Positions 38,446-50,320 of a stretch of 64,000 bases of DNA are shown here, one piece after another. Location of the stretch: positions 29,388,001 through 29,452,000 of the forward strand of contig NC_043014.1 in the NCBI RefSeq assembly GCF_006345805.1. Reading direction: 5' to 3'. The notes beneath the pieces were generated by a model. It was given only the letters and a program-made list of their open reading frames with translations. It was not told the DNA's origin and ran no database searches. The translations under genes and the position numbers were made by a program. Position 1 is the stretch's first letter. Every line of letters begins with the position of its first letter. The DNA comes from Octopus sinensis (lineage: Eukaryota).

Positions 38446-38979
38446 CATGTGAATATATACATGTGAATATATATATATATATATATATACAATAATATGT
38501 TACTTTACTCGGTAGTCAAGATAAAACTCTGAGTTTCAGATGCCGAAGTGGAAATCCACAACACCATCTCTTCGGTTATCTGGCTATTTGAAAACGCTAT
38601 GAAAAAATACCGTTATATAAAGGGAAATTACTGTGTTATAACTCTGCTTGCCTGCGTACTTATACATCGCTCGCATTTTTCGTCATAAAAATTATATAAA
38701 AATACATAAAAAATATATAAAAATATATAAAAATATATAAAATTTTCTTGGGACATAACATAGAAAGCATGTTCTATCTGTTTTCTTTAGGGGACCAAAA
38801 ACGTAACAGAAATTTAGTCACATGTGGGCATGATCCGAAAAGTTCTGTCCTTGTATTTAGACAGTAAGGATTACGGCCGTTCCGGTTGTTTATCAGAGAG
38901 CAGTTGTCCTATTATGTGGGCTATTATAGAGTTGAATTGTTTGGTGTTATCATGTTTTATTGATCTGATGAGATAATAG

Positions 38980-39686
38980 ACAGTAAGCCCAACAGTAAGG
39001 AAAAGGAATAATAGAAATAGGAAGGTCATCTGGTTTACGCCCCCTTACTCAGCCGAGGTGGCCTTCAATATAGGTAAATATTTCCTAGCACTGATAGATA
39101 GACATTTTCCAGTTAACCATACTTATAGGAAACTCTTCAATAGACAAATTTAAAAATTAGTTTTAGTTCAACTACCAATTTTAAAAACATAATCAAACAT
39201 AACATACAAAACACACAAGAAAACAGCTGTTCATGCAGGAATAAAGAATTGTGCGCGCTAAATGGAGCTTGCATGTCCAAGACCATCATATATGAAGCTA
39301 CCGTAAACTCTATAACCACTAAAGACACCGTTTCGACGAAGAAATACGTGGGCCTTACAGAGGGTAATTTCAAGGCCAGGTTCAATAACCACACTTTGAG
39401 CTTTAGGCACTGGAACAAAAGAAAAGCGACACAATTATCTAATCATATTTGGTCTTTAAGAGATAAAGGTGTCGATTATAACATACAATGGAAGATTTTG
39501 GCCAGATGTAAGCCCTATACCAACGGCAGCGGAAGGTGCGGTCTATGTGACATGGAGAGATGGCTTATCTGGAAAAGCAGCTTAGACCCTACTACATGTC
39601 TAAATACAAGGACAGAACTTTTCGGATCATGCCCACATGTGACTAAATTTCTGTTACGTTTTTGGTCCCCTAAAGAAAACAGATAG
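38980..39686 (+). pseudogene. PLE ORF C-terminus (linker, Cys-rich motif and GIY-YIG endonuclease) with one frameshift at ~39150; possibly Naiad-like
   Basis: RKVIWFTPPYS...IGKYFLALIDRHFP...KLFNR, then CSCRNKELCALNGAC, IIYEAT, YVGLTEGNFKARFNNH, LSNHIW, CGLC and LNTRTEL...CPH. Confidence 0.88.
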
Positions 39687-39868
39687 AACATGCTTTCTAT
39701 GTTATGTCCCAAGAAGATTTTATATATTTTTATATATTTTTTATGTATTTTTATATAATTTTTATGACGAAAAATGCGAGCGATGTATAAGTACGCAGGC
39801 AAGCAGAGTTATAACACAGTAATTTCCCTTTATATAACGGTATTTTTTCATAGCGTTTTCAAATAGCC

Positions 39869-39931
39869 AGATAACCGAAGAGATGGTGTTGTGGATTTCC
39901 ACTTCGGCATCTGAAACTCAGAGTTTTATCT
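39869..39931 (+). ncRNA. Candidate hammerhead-like motif in the pLTR (mirror copy 38519-38581, minus strand)
   Basis: Stem I AGATAA/TTATCT, core CCGAAGA (U4 replaced by C), stem II GATG...CATC with an internal GTGGA/TCCAC hairpin and an extra U, GAAA, helix III ACTC-A-GAGT, then U. Confidence 0.45.
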
Positions 39932-40023
39932 TGACTACCGAGTAAAGTAACATATTATTGTATAGATAAATTTCCTCTATTTACATAATATTGAGGTCTT
40001 TTCTTTCTTTTGTTACCTTACCG

Positions 40024-41233
40024 TTGTTGTTTTCACCGTTAATGCTTCTGTATTTCATGTTTCTGTATTCCATTATTGTTTTTTGCCTTTTATATTCGTC
40101 CTTTTTGCTGTCCCGGTGTTCGTATGCATTCGATCCTTCTTCCAGGAAATCTACGCTCCCAGCTTAGTTTTTCTAATGCTCGTTGCTTAGTTTTTCTTGG
40201 AGGGCTGGCCGGATCTAGTAATCTCAAGATTAATCAGCCGAAATTACTACGATGATCCGGTTCTTGACTGAAGACTGAGGGTTTCGAATGTCCTGTCCGT
40301 GTTTATTGTATCGTCTTCTAAGAGTTATACGTTCTTGTCCATGTTGTATTTTTCTACATACCTTAATATATATTCCAGGCGCTACGTACCCTCTTAACAT
40401 TAATGTGAGCACATATTCTTAAAAATTGGTACGACTCTCTGTTTGTCTCTCTCTCTCTCACTTTTACTTGATCTGTCCCCTTCTCTCTCTTTTCTCTCTA
40501 CTCATCCTCTTTTTCTCTTCTCTTTCCTCTGATTCTTTGGTCTACTCTTCCCCTACCCTTCCATTTCTTTGTCTCGCTTTGCACTCACAGGTCAATCTTC
40601 GACACCCATCCCTTCTCCTCTCTGATTCCTTCTTTCTCTCTCTCTCTCCCCTTGTTGCGTTTGTCCCTCCTCTCTCTCTCTCTTCTCTCTCTCTCTTCCT
40701 TCCTTTGCTTCTCTTTCCTTTCTTTTCTCTCTTCTCTGTCACGTGACCGCTGGCCGAAATCTGTCTCTCAGCTTCCGACTAGCGACGTGTTAACATCGTT
40801 GTTTTTCATCCGCCGCCAAGGCATCGCCGATAAGGCTCCTTTCCAAAATGCGCCAGAGAAAATTTGTTTGCTTGTTATCAGTCGTAAGACACTTGTTGTT
40901 TTCACCGTTAATGCTTCTGTATTTCATGTTTCTGTATTCCATTATTGTTTTTTGCCTTTTATATTCGTCCTTTTTGCTGTCCCGGTGTTCGTATGCATTC
41001 GATCCTCTTCCAGGAAACCTACGCTCCCAGCTTAGTTTTTCTAATGCTCGTTGCTTAGTTTTTCTTGGAGGGCTGGCCGGATCTAGTAATCTCAAGATTA
41101 ATCAGCCGAAATTACTACGATGATCCGGTTCTTGACTGAAGACTGAGGGTTTCGAATGTCCTGTCCGTGTTTATTGTATCGTCTTCTAAGAGTTATACGT
41201 TCTTGTCCATGTTGTATTTTTCTACATACCTTA

Positions 41234-41238
<5 letters not shown>
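40024..41238. repeat. ~345-bp direct repeat pair (40024-40370 and 40893-41238)
   Basis: Nearly identical copies, about 869 bp apart. The second ends in (TA)n. Confidence 0.92.
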
Positions 41239-41330
<92 letters not shown>

Positions 41331-41599
41331 ATATGCACACATACACATATACATATATATGTGTGTGTATTTATGCATATTTATTATATCTATATATTTT
41401 TTTATTTAATCTCATGACATCTTTAGGATTACGGCCGTTTCGGTTGTTTATCAGAGAGCAGTTGTCCTATTATGTGGGCTATTATAGAGTTGAATTGTTT
41501 GGTGTTATCATGTTTTATTGATCTGATGAGATAACTTACTTTATTTGCATTTCTCTCTGAACATACAAAAGTATTGTATGTGTAGTATGCATGTTAATG

Positions 41600-41847
41600 C
41601 AGGCATCCGACTATCGCGGGAGTTACGTTCAAAACCCCACTGCGATAGGTGAAACTCCGCGAAGTAGAAACGGTATTGTACAGCACATTTAAAAAAAATA
41701 TTTTTATAATTTGTATATATTTATTTTATTATAAATGAAAAACAACATCACGGAGGTATCGACGTAAGTTTAATTAATGAACCGCGAAAGGTGAACTGCG
41801 ATAGATGAACCATGATAAGTAAACCGCGATATCGCGAGGGATTACTG
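41600..41847. mobile_element. pogo/Tigger-like MITE
   Basis: The right end CCGCGATATCGCGAGGGATTACTG-TA has a degenerate left mirror CAGGCATCCGACTATCGCGG. Internal CCGCGA/CTGCGATA repeats are present. Confidence 0.55.
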
Positions 41848-42179
41848 TACACTCAAATTATTGTTACATGAAGAAGGTTGCGAAACCGCTGTATTCTTAA
41901 GGATGTCAGGTGGTTAAATAAATATACTGAACTCTCATACCACCTGATTTTCTACGGTTTATATACTCCATACGAAATAATTTAATCGACCGAATCTTCT
42001 AGTTTTCAGCATTATACTCTTCCGTATGAGATTACAATATGGTATGTTATAGAAGCCTCCTGTGATTCTATGATTCCATACATAACACAGCAAATATATG
42101 TATGGATATGTGTGTGTGTGTGTGCGCACACACACACACACACACACACACCACACACACACACATATATATAATATAT

Positions 42180-42212
<33 letters not shown>

Positions 42213-42433
42213 GTACATGTTTATGTGTCTGTGGCTGTCTCACCACCATCGCTTGACAACCGATGCTGGTGTGTTTACGTCCCCGTAATTTAGCAGTTCG
42301 GCAAAAGAGACCGATAGAATGAATACTGGGCTTACAAACTAAGTTCTAGTGTCGATTTGTTCGACTAAAAGGCGGTGCTCCAGCATGGCTGCAGTCAAAT
42401 GATTAAAACAAGTAAAAGAATAAAAAAATATAA

Positions 42434-42483
<50 letters not shown>

Positions 42484-43210
42484 TATATCAAAATGAGATG
42501 ATAAGGACCATTAGACATGAACGCGTTTCGTCAGCTGTGTGACCCCTATGCATTTCGGTGCATTTTTTATTCTGACGGCTTCCTCTCACAGTACTAGACC
42601 TCCGGATGCGCCAGACAATGTAAATCTCACTATAGTAATGGGTATTTGAAAGAAAAGTCTTAAAACATGAAGGATAGCAACATGCAAGTGGGACGAAGTC
42701 TTGTGAACAAACAGAAATATGTAATACGATATTTACAGTAGCCGAAGTGGCGGTGTCTTCATTTTGATTGATGCTTCTTCGGTTGTCTTGCGTCGAATTC
42801 GATTGAAGAAGGCTGGAGCGTACATAGCCGAAACGTAGGGAAAGCAACAGTCAAGATGAGGATATTAGTCCGACTGAGGTGACTAGCGTACAGCTCAGAA
42901 ATTATAGAATTGTATATGTAATACAGTTCACCAAAAAAGAAGGCAGTTTTCTTCTGGGCAAAAAGGCAATGAGGCATATAAGTAATCACAAAGTGCATGA
43001 TAAAGAATTGGAATTAAGTACTTTAGATCCGTATCATAGTCTGCGTTATAAAACCTAGAGCAGAGCTTAACATTTTAAAATGCATTACACAAAACAAACA
43101 AAAATATCATCGCTTTAAACTAGACCTGTGGGAAGGGAAATATGACATATATGTATATCTGTCTATAAATACATTTATGTGTACATACATGCCTATATAC
43201 ATATATACGC

Positions 43211-43288
<78 letters not shown>

Positions 43289-43317
43289 ATATATATATAC
43301 ATATATATCGTTAGCTC

Positions 43318-43488
43318 CTACACGCATTTTTTCTCTCCTTGTTTTTTTCTGTGTATCTTTCTGTCGAAGAGCGTAGGCTCGAAACGTAAAATACTTTATC
43401 TATTCCTGAGCGCTATACTAATACATTTGTTTGTTTGTACTCCACCTGCCCTCGTCTTTTGTTTATTTTCGTAAACTTTCCCGTTATA
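43318..43488 (+). mobile_element. Hammerhead-bearing PLE-type unit (subfamily U6)
   Basis: TCTTT-CTGTCGA-A-GAGC-GTAG-GCTC-GAAA-CGTA-AAA (43356-43391). The tail ends ...CTTTCCCGTTATATATA. Confidence 0.75.
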
Positions 43489-45249
43489 TATATATATACA
43501 CACACACACATATATACGAACACACAGACACACACACTCACACACACACCACACACACACACATCAATGTCGCTTCTTTTCTCTCTATTCCGGTTCTTCA
43601 CCCATTATTTTTTCTATGTATTGTTTCTCTTTCACTCATTTTGTCAAACCCTTATTTTTGTTCTCCATGCTTATTTCCTCTCCCTTTTTCTCACACTCGC
43701 TATTCTTCTCTCTTGCATACCTATCTACACTCTCTCCCCCTTTCTCTCTCTCTCTATGTCCGTTTCTCTCCCACTCTCTTTCTCATTGTCTGTCGCTCCT
43801 CACACACTTGCTGTGTATCTCTTTCTCCCTCCCTCACAATGTCGCCCCCTCCCACCCCATCTCCCATCCTTCTTTTCCATCCCCTGTATCTCCGCCCTCC
43901 TCTTTCTTACTCTCTCTCTCTCTCTCTTGATTCTCGTAATTCATTTCATGGCGCTCTCCTTGTTATTTCTGACAACCACTTGTCAGAAGCAAATACATGT
44001 TGGATTAGTTTACTGCTCTGTTGGTTACATTCTCTATAGCATGTTCTTATTAGTCATTATACACACCATGTTAGTCATTATACACTACATGTTAGTCACC
44101 ACATTCATCTAGACATTCCATCTCATTATAACTCAATTTTTCTCAAATACACCACATTACCTCTTTCCTATATTTAGACCATCGGGGCGCCACACAAAAT
44201 CATTCGAGACTTCAGCATCTGTCCCCTACATTTACAGATAAATGGGAGCAACTGTTTGTCTGTAATAAAATCATTTAACCCTCTAACGTTTCCCTCACCA
44301 ACTCGCTTTCCTCACCTCTATGACACTTTTTTATACTAACCTACCAACTTATCTATCAATCCTTTTTTTTCTTTGTAGATACTGGGACTAGATGAAGTAG
44401 AGGTACCCATGGTCTTTGCAGGCCCTCCGAAATAGGTGAGACCGATGCCATTAATGTTCCTCTTCAACCATTGCACACCAATGTCTGGAGGAAAGAAATG
44501 AGCAGGGTGTGGGATTCCAGAGGACCATCGTTCTGAGCGTAGTGTATATTGCGCCACCCTAGAGTAACACAACAAGGGTGATGATTAGAGGAGAGACGAA
44601 TGAGGGAGGAAGACCTGAATGGAGTGTCATGATCTAAGGTGTAGAGGCCATTAAAGAATCAGTAGAAAATACCGAGAGAGGAGACAGTGTACTTGAAGGT
44701 TGGAGGTAGGTGCGTTGCTATGAACCACCCTATGCCAATCGGTCGGGTAGCACTTTTCTGACTCCGTTGTTAGATGCTTTTGTGTGCAGAGGCATTCCAG
44801 TGCCATAATTAGGAATAATACATGCGGTAGAGGGGCTCCAAAATGGGGTCTCAGGGAGTAGCGACCCTGCCTTCATGAGCTAGTTTTCCACCACATTTCT
44901 TAAAAATTGTAGTAACGGCCTTGGTTTCGAGACCACTCATGTCTAGAAACTGAGATTTGGGGTAAACAAGAGCATGCTCCCCGTAGAAAATCCATCTCTA
45001 AGAAAGCCTCATGATAGCAAAGGAGAATGGACACCAAGCAGCCCAAAGGTTGGGGTGGGCTGCACTTGCCTACCTCGGCATTGAGGTAGATCCGGCCACC
45101 CTCGTTAACGGGTCAAAACCCGGATTTAAAACACTGGATGATGGGGAAGAGGAGGATAATGATGATGATGTTAGCCTTACCTGAGTTTTATAGAGAGTCA
45201 ATAATTGTGAGTGGAAGTATCTGCTAACTGCGAAGAAAAGGACGATCCG

Positions 45250-46690
45250 TTAGAAAATTAAGGACGTGCTTACAACAAAGGGGGAGATCTTCAGTGATAG
45301 CGAGGTTTAACATTTGAAGGAATTTTGAAAGCTTTAGTTATTTCATGCTCATATTTAAGAGATATTTGATATGGTGATGATTTTTTGGTATAGGTAGTTT
45401 TGTTGTTTTGAAAGAAGTAACATTGATATATCACTGTTGGAATATGCTTTCGAGGTCGCTTTTCAGAGAATCTGTTCTGGTTTGATGCGCGGTGTGTATG
45501 TTGCATGTGAATGATACGTGATTAGTGGAGATTAGGGAAGAGTGTAGGGTATATTATCTGCGTAAGAGTGAGCGTTGTTGAATGTGATGGCGAGTAGGTC
45601 ATTAAAGAGTGAAGAGATTTTAAAGAACGAGCAAGCTATGTGGCACGCAAGAGTTGATAGAATGAGGATAGAAAAAGCTCTGTTAAATCACGACGTGATA
45701 CTACAATTTTATTGGAAATAACAGATCCAACAGATCTACACGCTAAGACACTGCTCTCTGTCACTGGACGTAAGACACTTGAAATCTCACAGGCCACTGC
45801 GATTAGAAATAGTTATGAGGACTTGAGAGGTTAGTGTCAGACACCACCTTGCTTATAAGCAAGTAAATAACTGAAGTAAATATGAACAGAGGCCAGCTGA
45901 TTAACACTCTACAGCAGGAACTTGACAGATACAAAGGATAGCCACAGTGATCAGGATATGCTGTTTCCTATATAAAGAAGTACAACCTGTTTGTCAACAC
46001 GTTGTCTTGAATCTATACAAACAATGGTATTTTTATTCTTTGTTGTAGGATATTTGTGTGTATCTGTAACAAAGTTCCAAATATGTGAGCAGTATCTCAA
46101 TGTGTGTCTTATTTAAGTTTGCTTTTGGTCTGCAACTCATCAGATCTGAAATATTATTGCTATTAAATGTCCCTAAAGAGGAAGCCTAGATTTTTGTGAT
46201 GTAGTTTTAATAAAGTTATATATCTGATGTCACCATGAAAGATGGAGGATTGTGAAAATGTCTAATATTTGTAGCGAGAGATGGTTTCAACAGAGTTTCC
46301 TTCATTTGTGTAGTGATTCTGGCTCCGAACTGTTGAAACTGCGATGGAGTTACATTCGTGAGATGTTTTTGAGGTTTCTATTCATGGAGGTCTCTAAACA
46401 TTGTATGTTTAGCAGAAAGAGCCGAGGCTGTCAGCGTGTATAAGCTTAACGTGTGTGTATCGTCAGAAGCAACAGTATACAGAAGATGATGAGAAAATGG
46501 TAGGAGTGATACCTTAACTAGTACGAGACCAAGCGATCCATTTAGAACAGAAATGACGAAGCTTGGATAAAGGCTGGATTTGGAGACGAGAAAGATATCA
46601 AGGGTGTTTGAAGAGTTTATGAATTGATCAGGTATAATATGGATAGATGAGGATAGTAAAGCTAATTCAGAACAGACAATGGTGGTGTAG
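45250..46690 (-). mobile_element. Highly decayed LINE RT remnant
   Basis: Minus-strand NDLLAITFNNAHSYADN (YADD-like) and a frameshifted SDRQ-RS.G.LL-like segment. Many stops. Confidence 0.45.
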
Positions 46691-47175
46691 ACGTGCGAGG
46701 GACAGGAGTAGTTGCGGATTTGATCGATGGTGGTGGTGATGATGATGATGATGATTGTGATTCCTGAGAGACAAATTGAGATTTATGTCTTACATGCAGG
46801 ATTATGTCTTGAATGCAGGTGGCTACCTTGGCGGGTTGAATGTCACAAAGGAGAAGTGGAAACGGCAAATGAACCCCGAGAGCCCGAGCAACTAGCAATC
46901 GTGTTTATTGATTTCTAGGTGAGAAGTATGTGCAGGAAAAGCTAATTCTTTTTTCAGTGATTTCAAAGACAGGAATAAGGGAGCCTCCGCTGTTGGCTGT
47001 AGTGATGGTGGACGGTGATGTTAACAACAATGTTTGTGTTCGTGATGGGGGTAACAATACTGTAGATGGAGACGTAAGTAAACTTCGTGGCATTGATAGT
47101 AGCAATGTTGGTGGTAATGTTAGTGCTGGTAGTAATTATGGCGATAGCAATAGTAATGGTTATAATAGAAACAAA

Positions 47176-48327
47176 GGCGGCGAGCTGGCAGAAACGTTAG
47201 CACGCCGGGCGAAATGCTTAGCGGTATTTCGTCTGCCGTTACGTTCTGAGTTCAAATTCCGCCAAGGTCGACTTTGCCTTTCATCCTTTCGGGGTCGATA
47301 AATTAAGTACCAGTTACGCACTGGGGTCGATGTAATCGGCTTAATCCCTTTGTCTGTCCTTGTTTGTCCTCTCTGTGTTTAGCCTCTTGTGGGTAGTAAA
47401 GAAATAGGTATTTCGTCTGCCGCTACGTTCTGAGTTCAAATTCCGCCAAGGTCGACTTTGCCTTTCATCCTTTCGGGGTCGATAAATTAAGTACCAGTTA
47501 CGCACTGGGGTCGATGTAATCGGCTTAATCCCTTTGTCTGTCCTTGTTTGTCCTCTCTGTGTTTAGCCTCTTGTGGGTAGTAAAGAAATAGGTATTTCGT
47601 CTGCCGCTACGTTCTGAGTTCAAATTCCGCCGAGGTTGACTTTGCCATCCATCTTTTCGGGCTTGATAAATTAAGTATCAGTTACGCACTGGGGTCGATG
47701 TAATCGGCTTAATCCCTTTGTCTGTCCTTATTTGTCCTCTCTGTGTTTAGCCTCTTGTGGGTAGTAAAGAAATAGGTATTTCGTCTGCCGCTACGTTCTG
47801 AGTTCAAATTCCGCCGAGGTTGACTTTGCCATCCATCTTTTCGGGCTTGATAAATTAAGTATCAGTTACGCACTGGGGTCGATGTAATCGGCTTAATCCC
47901 TTTGTCTGTCCTTATTTGTCCTCTCTGTGTTTAGCCTCTTGTGGGTAGTAAAGAAATAGGTATTTCGTCTGCCGCTACGTTCTGAGTTCAAATTCCGCCG
48001 AGGTTGACTTTGCCATCCATCTTTTCGGGCTTGATAAATTAAGTATCAGTTACGCACTGGGGCCGATGTAATCGACTTAATCCGTTTGTCTGTCCTTGTT
48101 CGTCCTCTCTGTGTTTAGCCCCTTGTGGGTAGTAAAGAAATAAGTATTTCGGCTGCCGTTACGTTCTGAGTTCAAATTCTGCTGCGGTTGACTTTGCCTT
48201 TTTATCCTTTCGGGCTTGATAAATTAAGTATCAGTTACGCACTGGGGTCGATGTAATCGGCTTAATCCCTTTGTCTGTCCTTGTTTGTTCCCTCTGTGTT
48301 TAGCCCCTTGTGGGTAGTAAAGAAATA
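47176..48327 (+). repeat. Family B SINE with six tandem 184-bp body units
   Basis: One head at 47176. Units begin at 47223, 47407, 47591, 47775, 47959 and 48143 with the junction AAAGAAATA|GGTATTTCG (AAGTATTTCG at the last junction). Confidence 0.95.
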
Positions 48328-48589
48328 AGAAACAATGGTGGTGACGGTGAGAGTAGTAATTAACTGTACGAATGTCGGCTGTTCTGGTAGGAAACGATGA
48401 TGATAATATTGATGACAATACAGCTACTCGTTCCATTATTATATCTATGTTATATTCCTAGTGAAGATTACGGGGGAGTAGCGGCGGCCGTGCAGTGTGC
48501 ATGTGCTATTTGCAGAAGTGGCAAGACGACTAGAGTTTTCGGTAGAAACGAAGTTGTGTATAGTTGATAGTAGATTATATATATACAGG

Positions 48590-48615
48590 TGGTTTTATCT
48601 CTTCCCTTCTCTCTC

Positions 48616-48654
<39 letters not shown>

Positions 48655-48777
48655 ATCTCTCTCTCTCTTTCTCTCCTCCCTGTTTCTTTTGTACCCTTGA
48701 TATCTCCCTCTCACACAATGTATCGCTTCTCTGCTTCTATTTGTTTCTTGCACCTCTCCCTCTCTCTCTCTCTCTCT

Positions 48778-48820
<43 letters not shown>

Positions 48821-49548
48821 CACACACACACATACCACACACACACTAACATATCTCTGTTTCTCTCTTACGATCTCTCACACACCTTTTCTCTCCCTTT
48901 CCGTATTTGTTTCTACCTGTCTTTCTTCTCTACCTTACACCCTACTTCTCGCCTTACACCTTATTTCTCTATCACCCTCTCTCACACTCATCTTTTCTTT
49001 TGCCAACTCCCTCCCCCTCTCGCCTTATCTCCCTCCCTCCCTCCCTCGCTCCTTCCACTATTTCTTCACTCTTTAGAAACACATCTCCCTTTTACATTCC
49101 TCCTCTCACTCTTTTCTCCCCACCCCCTCCTCTCTCTCTCTCTACTCTATTTTATTGCAGTTTTTCTTCTCTCACTGCATTCCTCATCCTCCTCTCACTA
49201 CCCTTCCTACACCTGGTTTCCTTACCACACTACACGTTCACGCGCGCGCAAATGCACCTGCACACACGCACACAAATATTCCCCCCTCTCTCTCTCTATC
49301 TCTCTACCCCTCTATCAATCTACCGATCAATCAATCAATCTATCTATCTATCAATCTGTCTGTCTGTCTGTCTAACTATATCTATGTCTCTCTTTTTCTC
49401 TTTTCAATACTTTTACGTCCTTGTATGCTACCCCTCTCTTCACACCTTATTGTCTTTTTTTAATCCTTTCTATTTTCTCTCACTACATGTTCCTATCTCT
49501 CCGTATTACCTAAAACTACAACGTATCCCTAATCCCACTTTTCTGTAT

Positions 49549-49596
<48 letters not shown>

Positions 49597-49860
49597 CAGC
49601 ACTTTTTCACTCACTCATCTTCTCATTAAAACCCATTTTTCTCCTCTTATGTCAAATCTCTCCTCTCACTACAACCTGCGTCTACCACGTCACACATGAT
49701 ACACTTTCTTCTCTTAAACTCCCTTCCCTAGCCACACGCGTTACCTTTCTGCAACCTCTACCCCTTCTCTCATCAATCATCACAGCGTGTCCTCTTTTTC
49801 TCCCTCTCTCTCCCTCTCTCTCTCCCCCCTTTCTTTCTTTCTCTACATCTTACTCCCCTC
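48590..49860. repeat. CT/CA-rich low-complexity tract
   Basis: (CT)n, (CA)n and (TCTA)n runs. Confidence 0.9.
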
Positions 49861-50099
49861 CCTCACCCAGTACTGAGACAGTAGAGACACCGCCACAGTT
49901 ACGCAACACAAAGGCAATAGAACCACCATCAACAGCAGCAGCTACAACAGCTATAACTACAGCAGCAACGAACCGACAAGAAAGTCTCAACGTCGCCGTT
50001 TGACCTGCAAGAAATAGCAGCTAAATTCATACCACCCGGTCTCACTCTATTATCCTAATACAAAAATATCGGATAAAGATTCCCGGTCATAGGTCCTAT

Positions 50100-50320
50100 A
50101 TAAGGCTGGTTTCCCAATCTCTGCGGTGTATATATTCTTCCCCTGGATAGGACGCCGGTTCGTCGAAGGCTTACTCCTTTTTGCTGGCTGAGTGCACTGG
50201 AGCAACATGAAATGAGGTGTTTTGCTCAGGAAGACAACTCACTGCCCGGCCCAGGAATCGAGCCCCCAATCTTACAAATCACGAGTGCAACACCCTAACC
50301 ACTAAGCCATGCACCTCACC
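50100..50320 (-). mobile_element. Diverged tRNA-derived SINE with a V-like tail
   Basis: The reverse complement has TGGCTTAGTGGTTAGGGTG...GGCTCGATTCCTGG and ...CCGGCGTCCTATCCAGGGG. Confidence 0.6.

Larger units (their letters stand above)
38486..39964 (+). mobile_element. 5'-truncated Penelope-like element with an inverted terminal repeat (38486-38863 versus 39597-39964)
   Basis: The arms differ by one 10-bp unit and about one substitution. The repeat includes the last ~30 codons of the ORF, the classic inverted pLTR arrangement. Confidence 0.9.

Noticed and set aside
44820-45130. HDV-like ribozyme or retroelement 5' UTR
   Set aside because: The region is GC-richer with several hairpins, but I could not build the nested double pseudoknot.
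46958-47073. AG/GTAAGT-bounded candidate exon
   Set aside because: The peptide derives from GGT/GAT low-complexity DNA, and its phase is not compatible with other candidate exons.
47176-48327. CRISPR-like array
   Set aside because: The units are wholly repeated SINE bodies with no unique spacers, and the context is eukaryotic.
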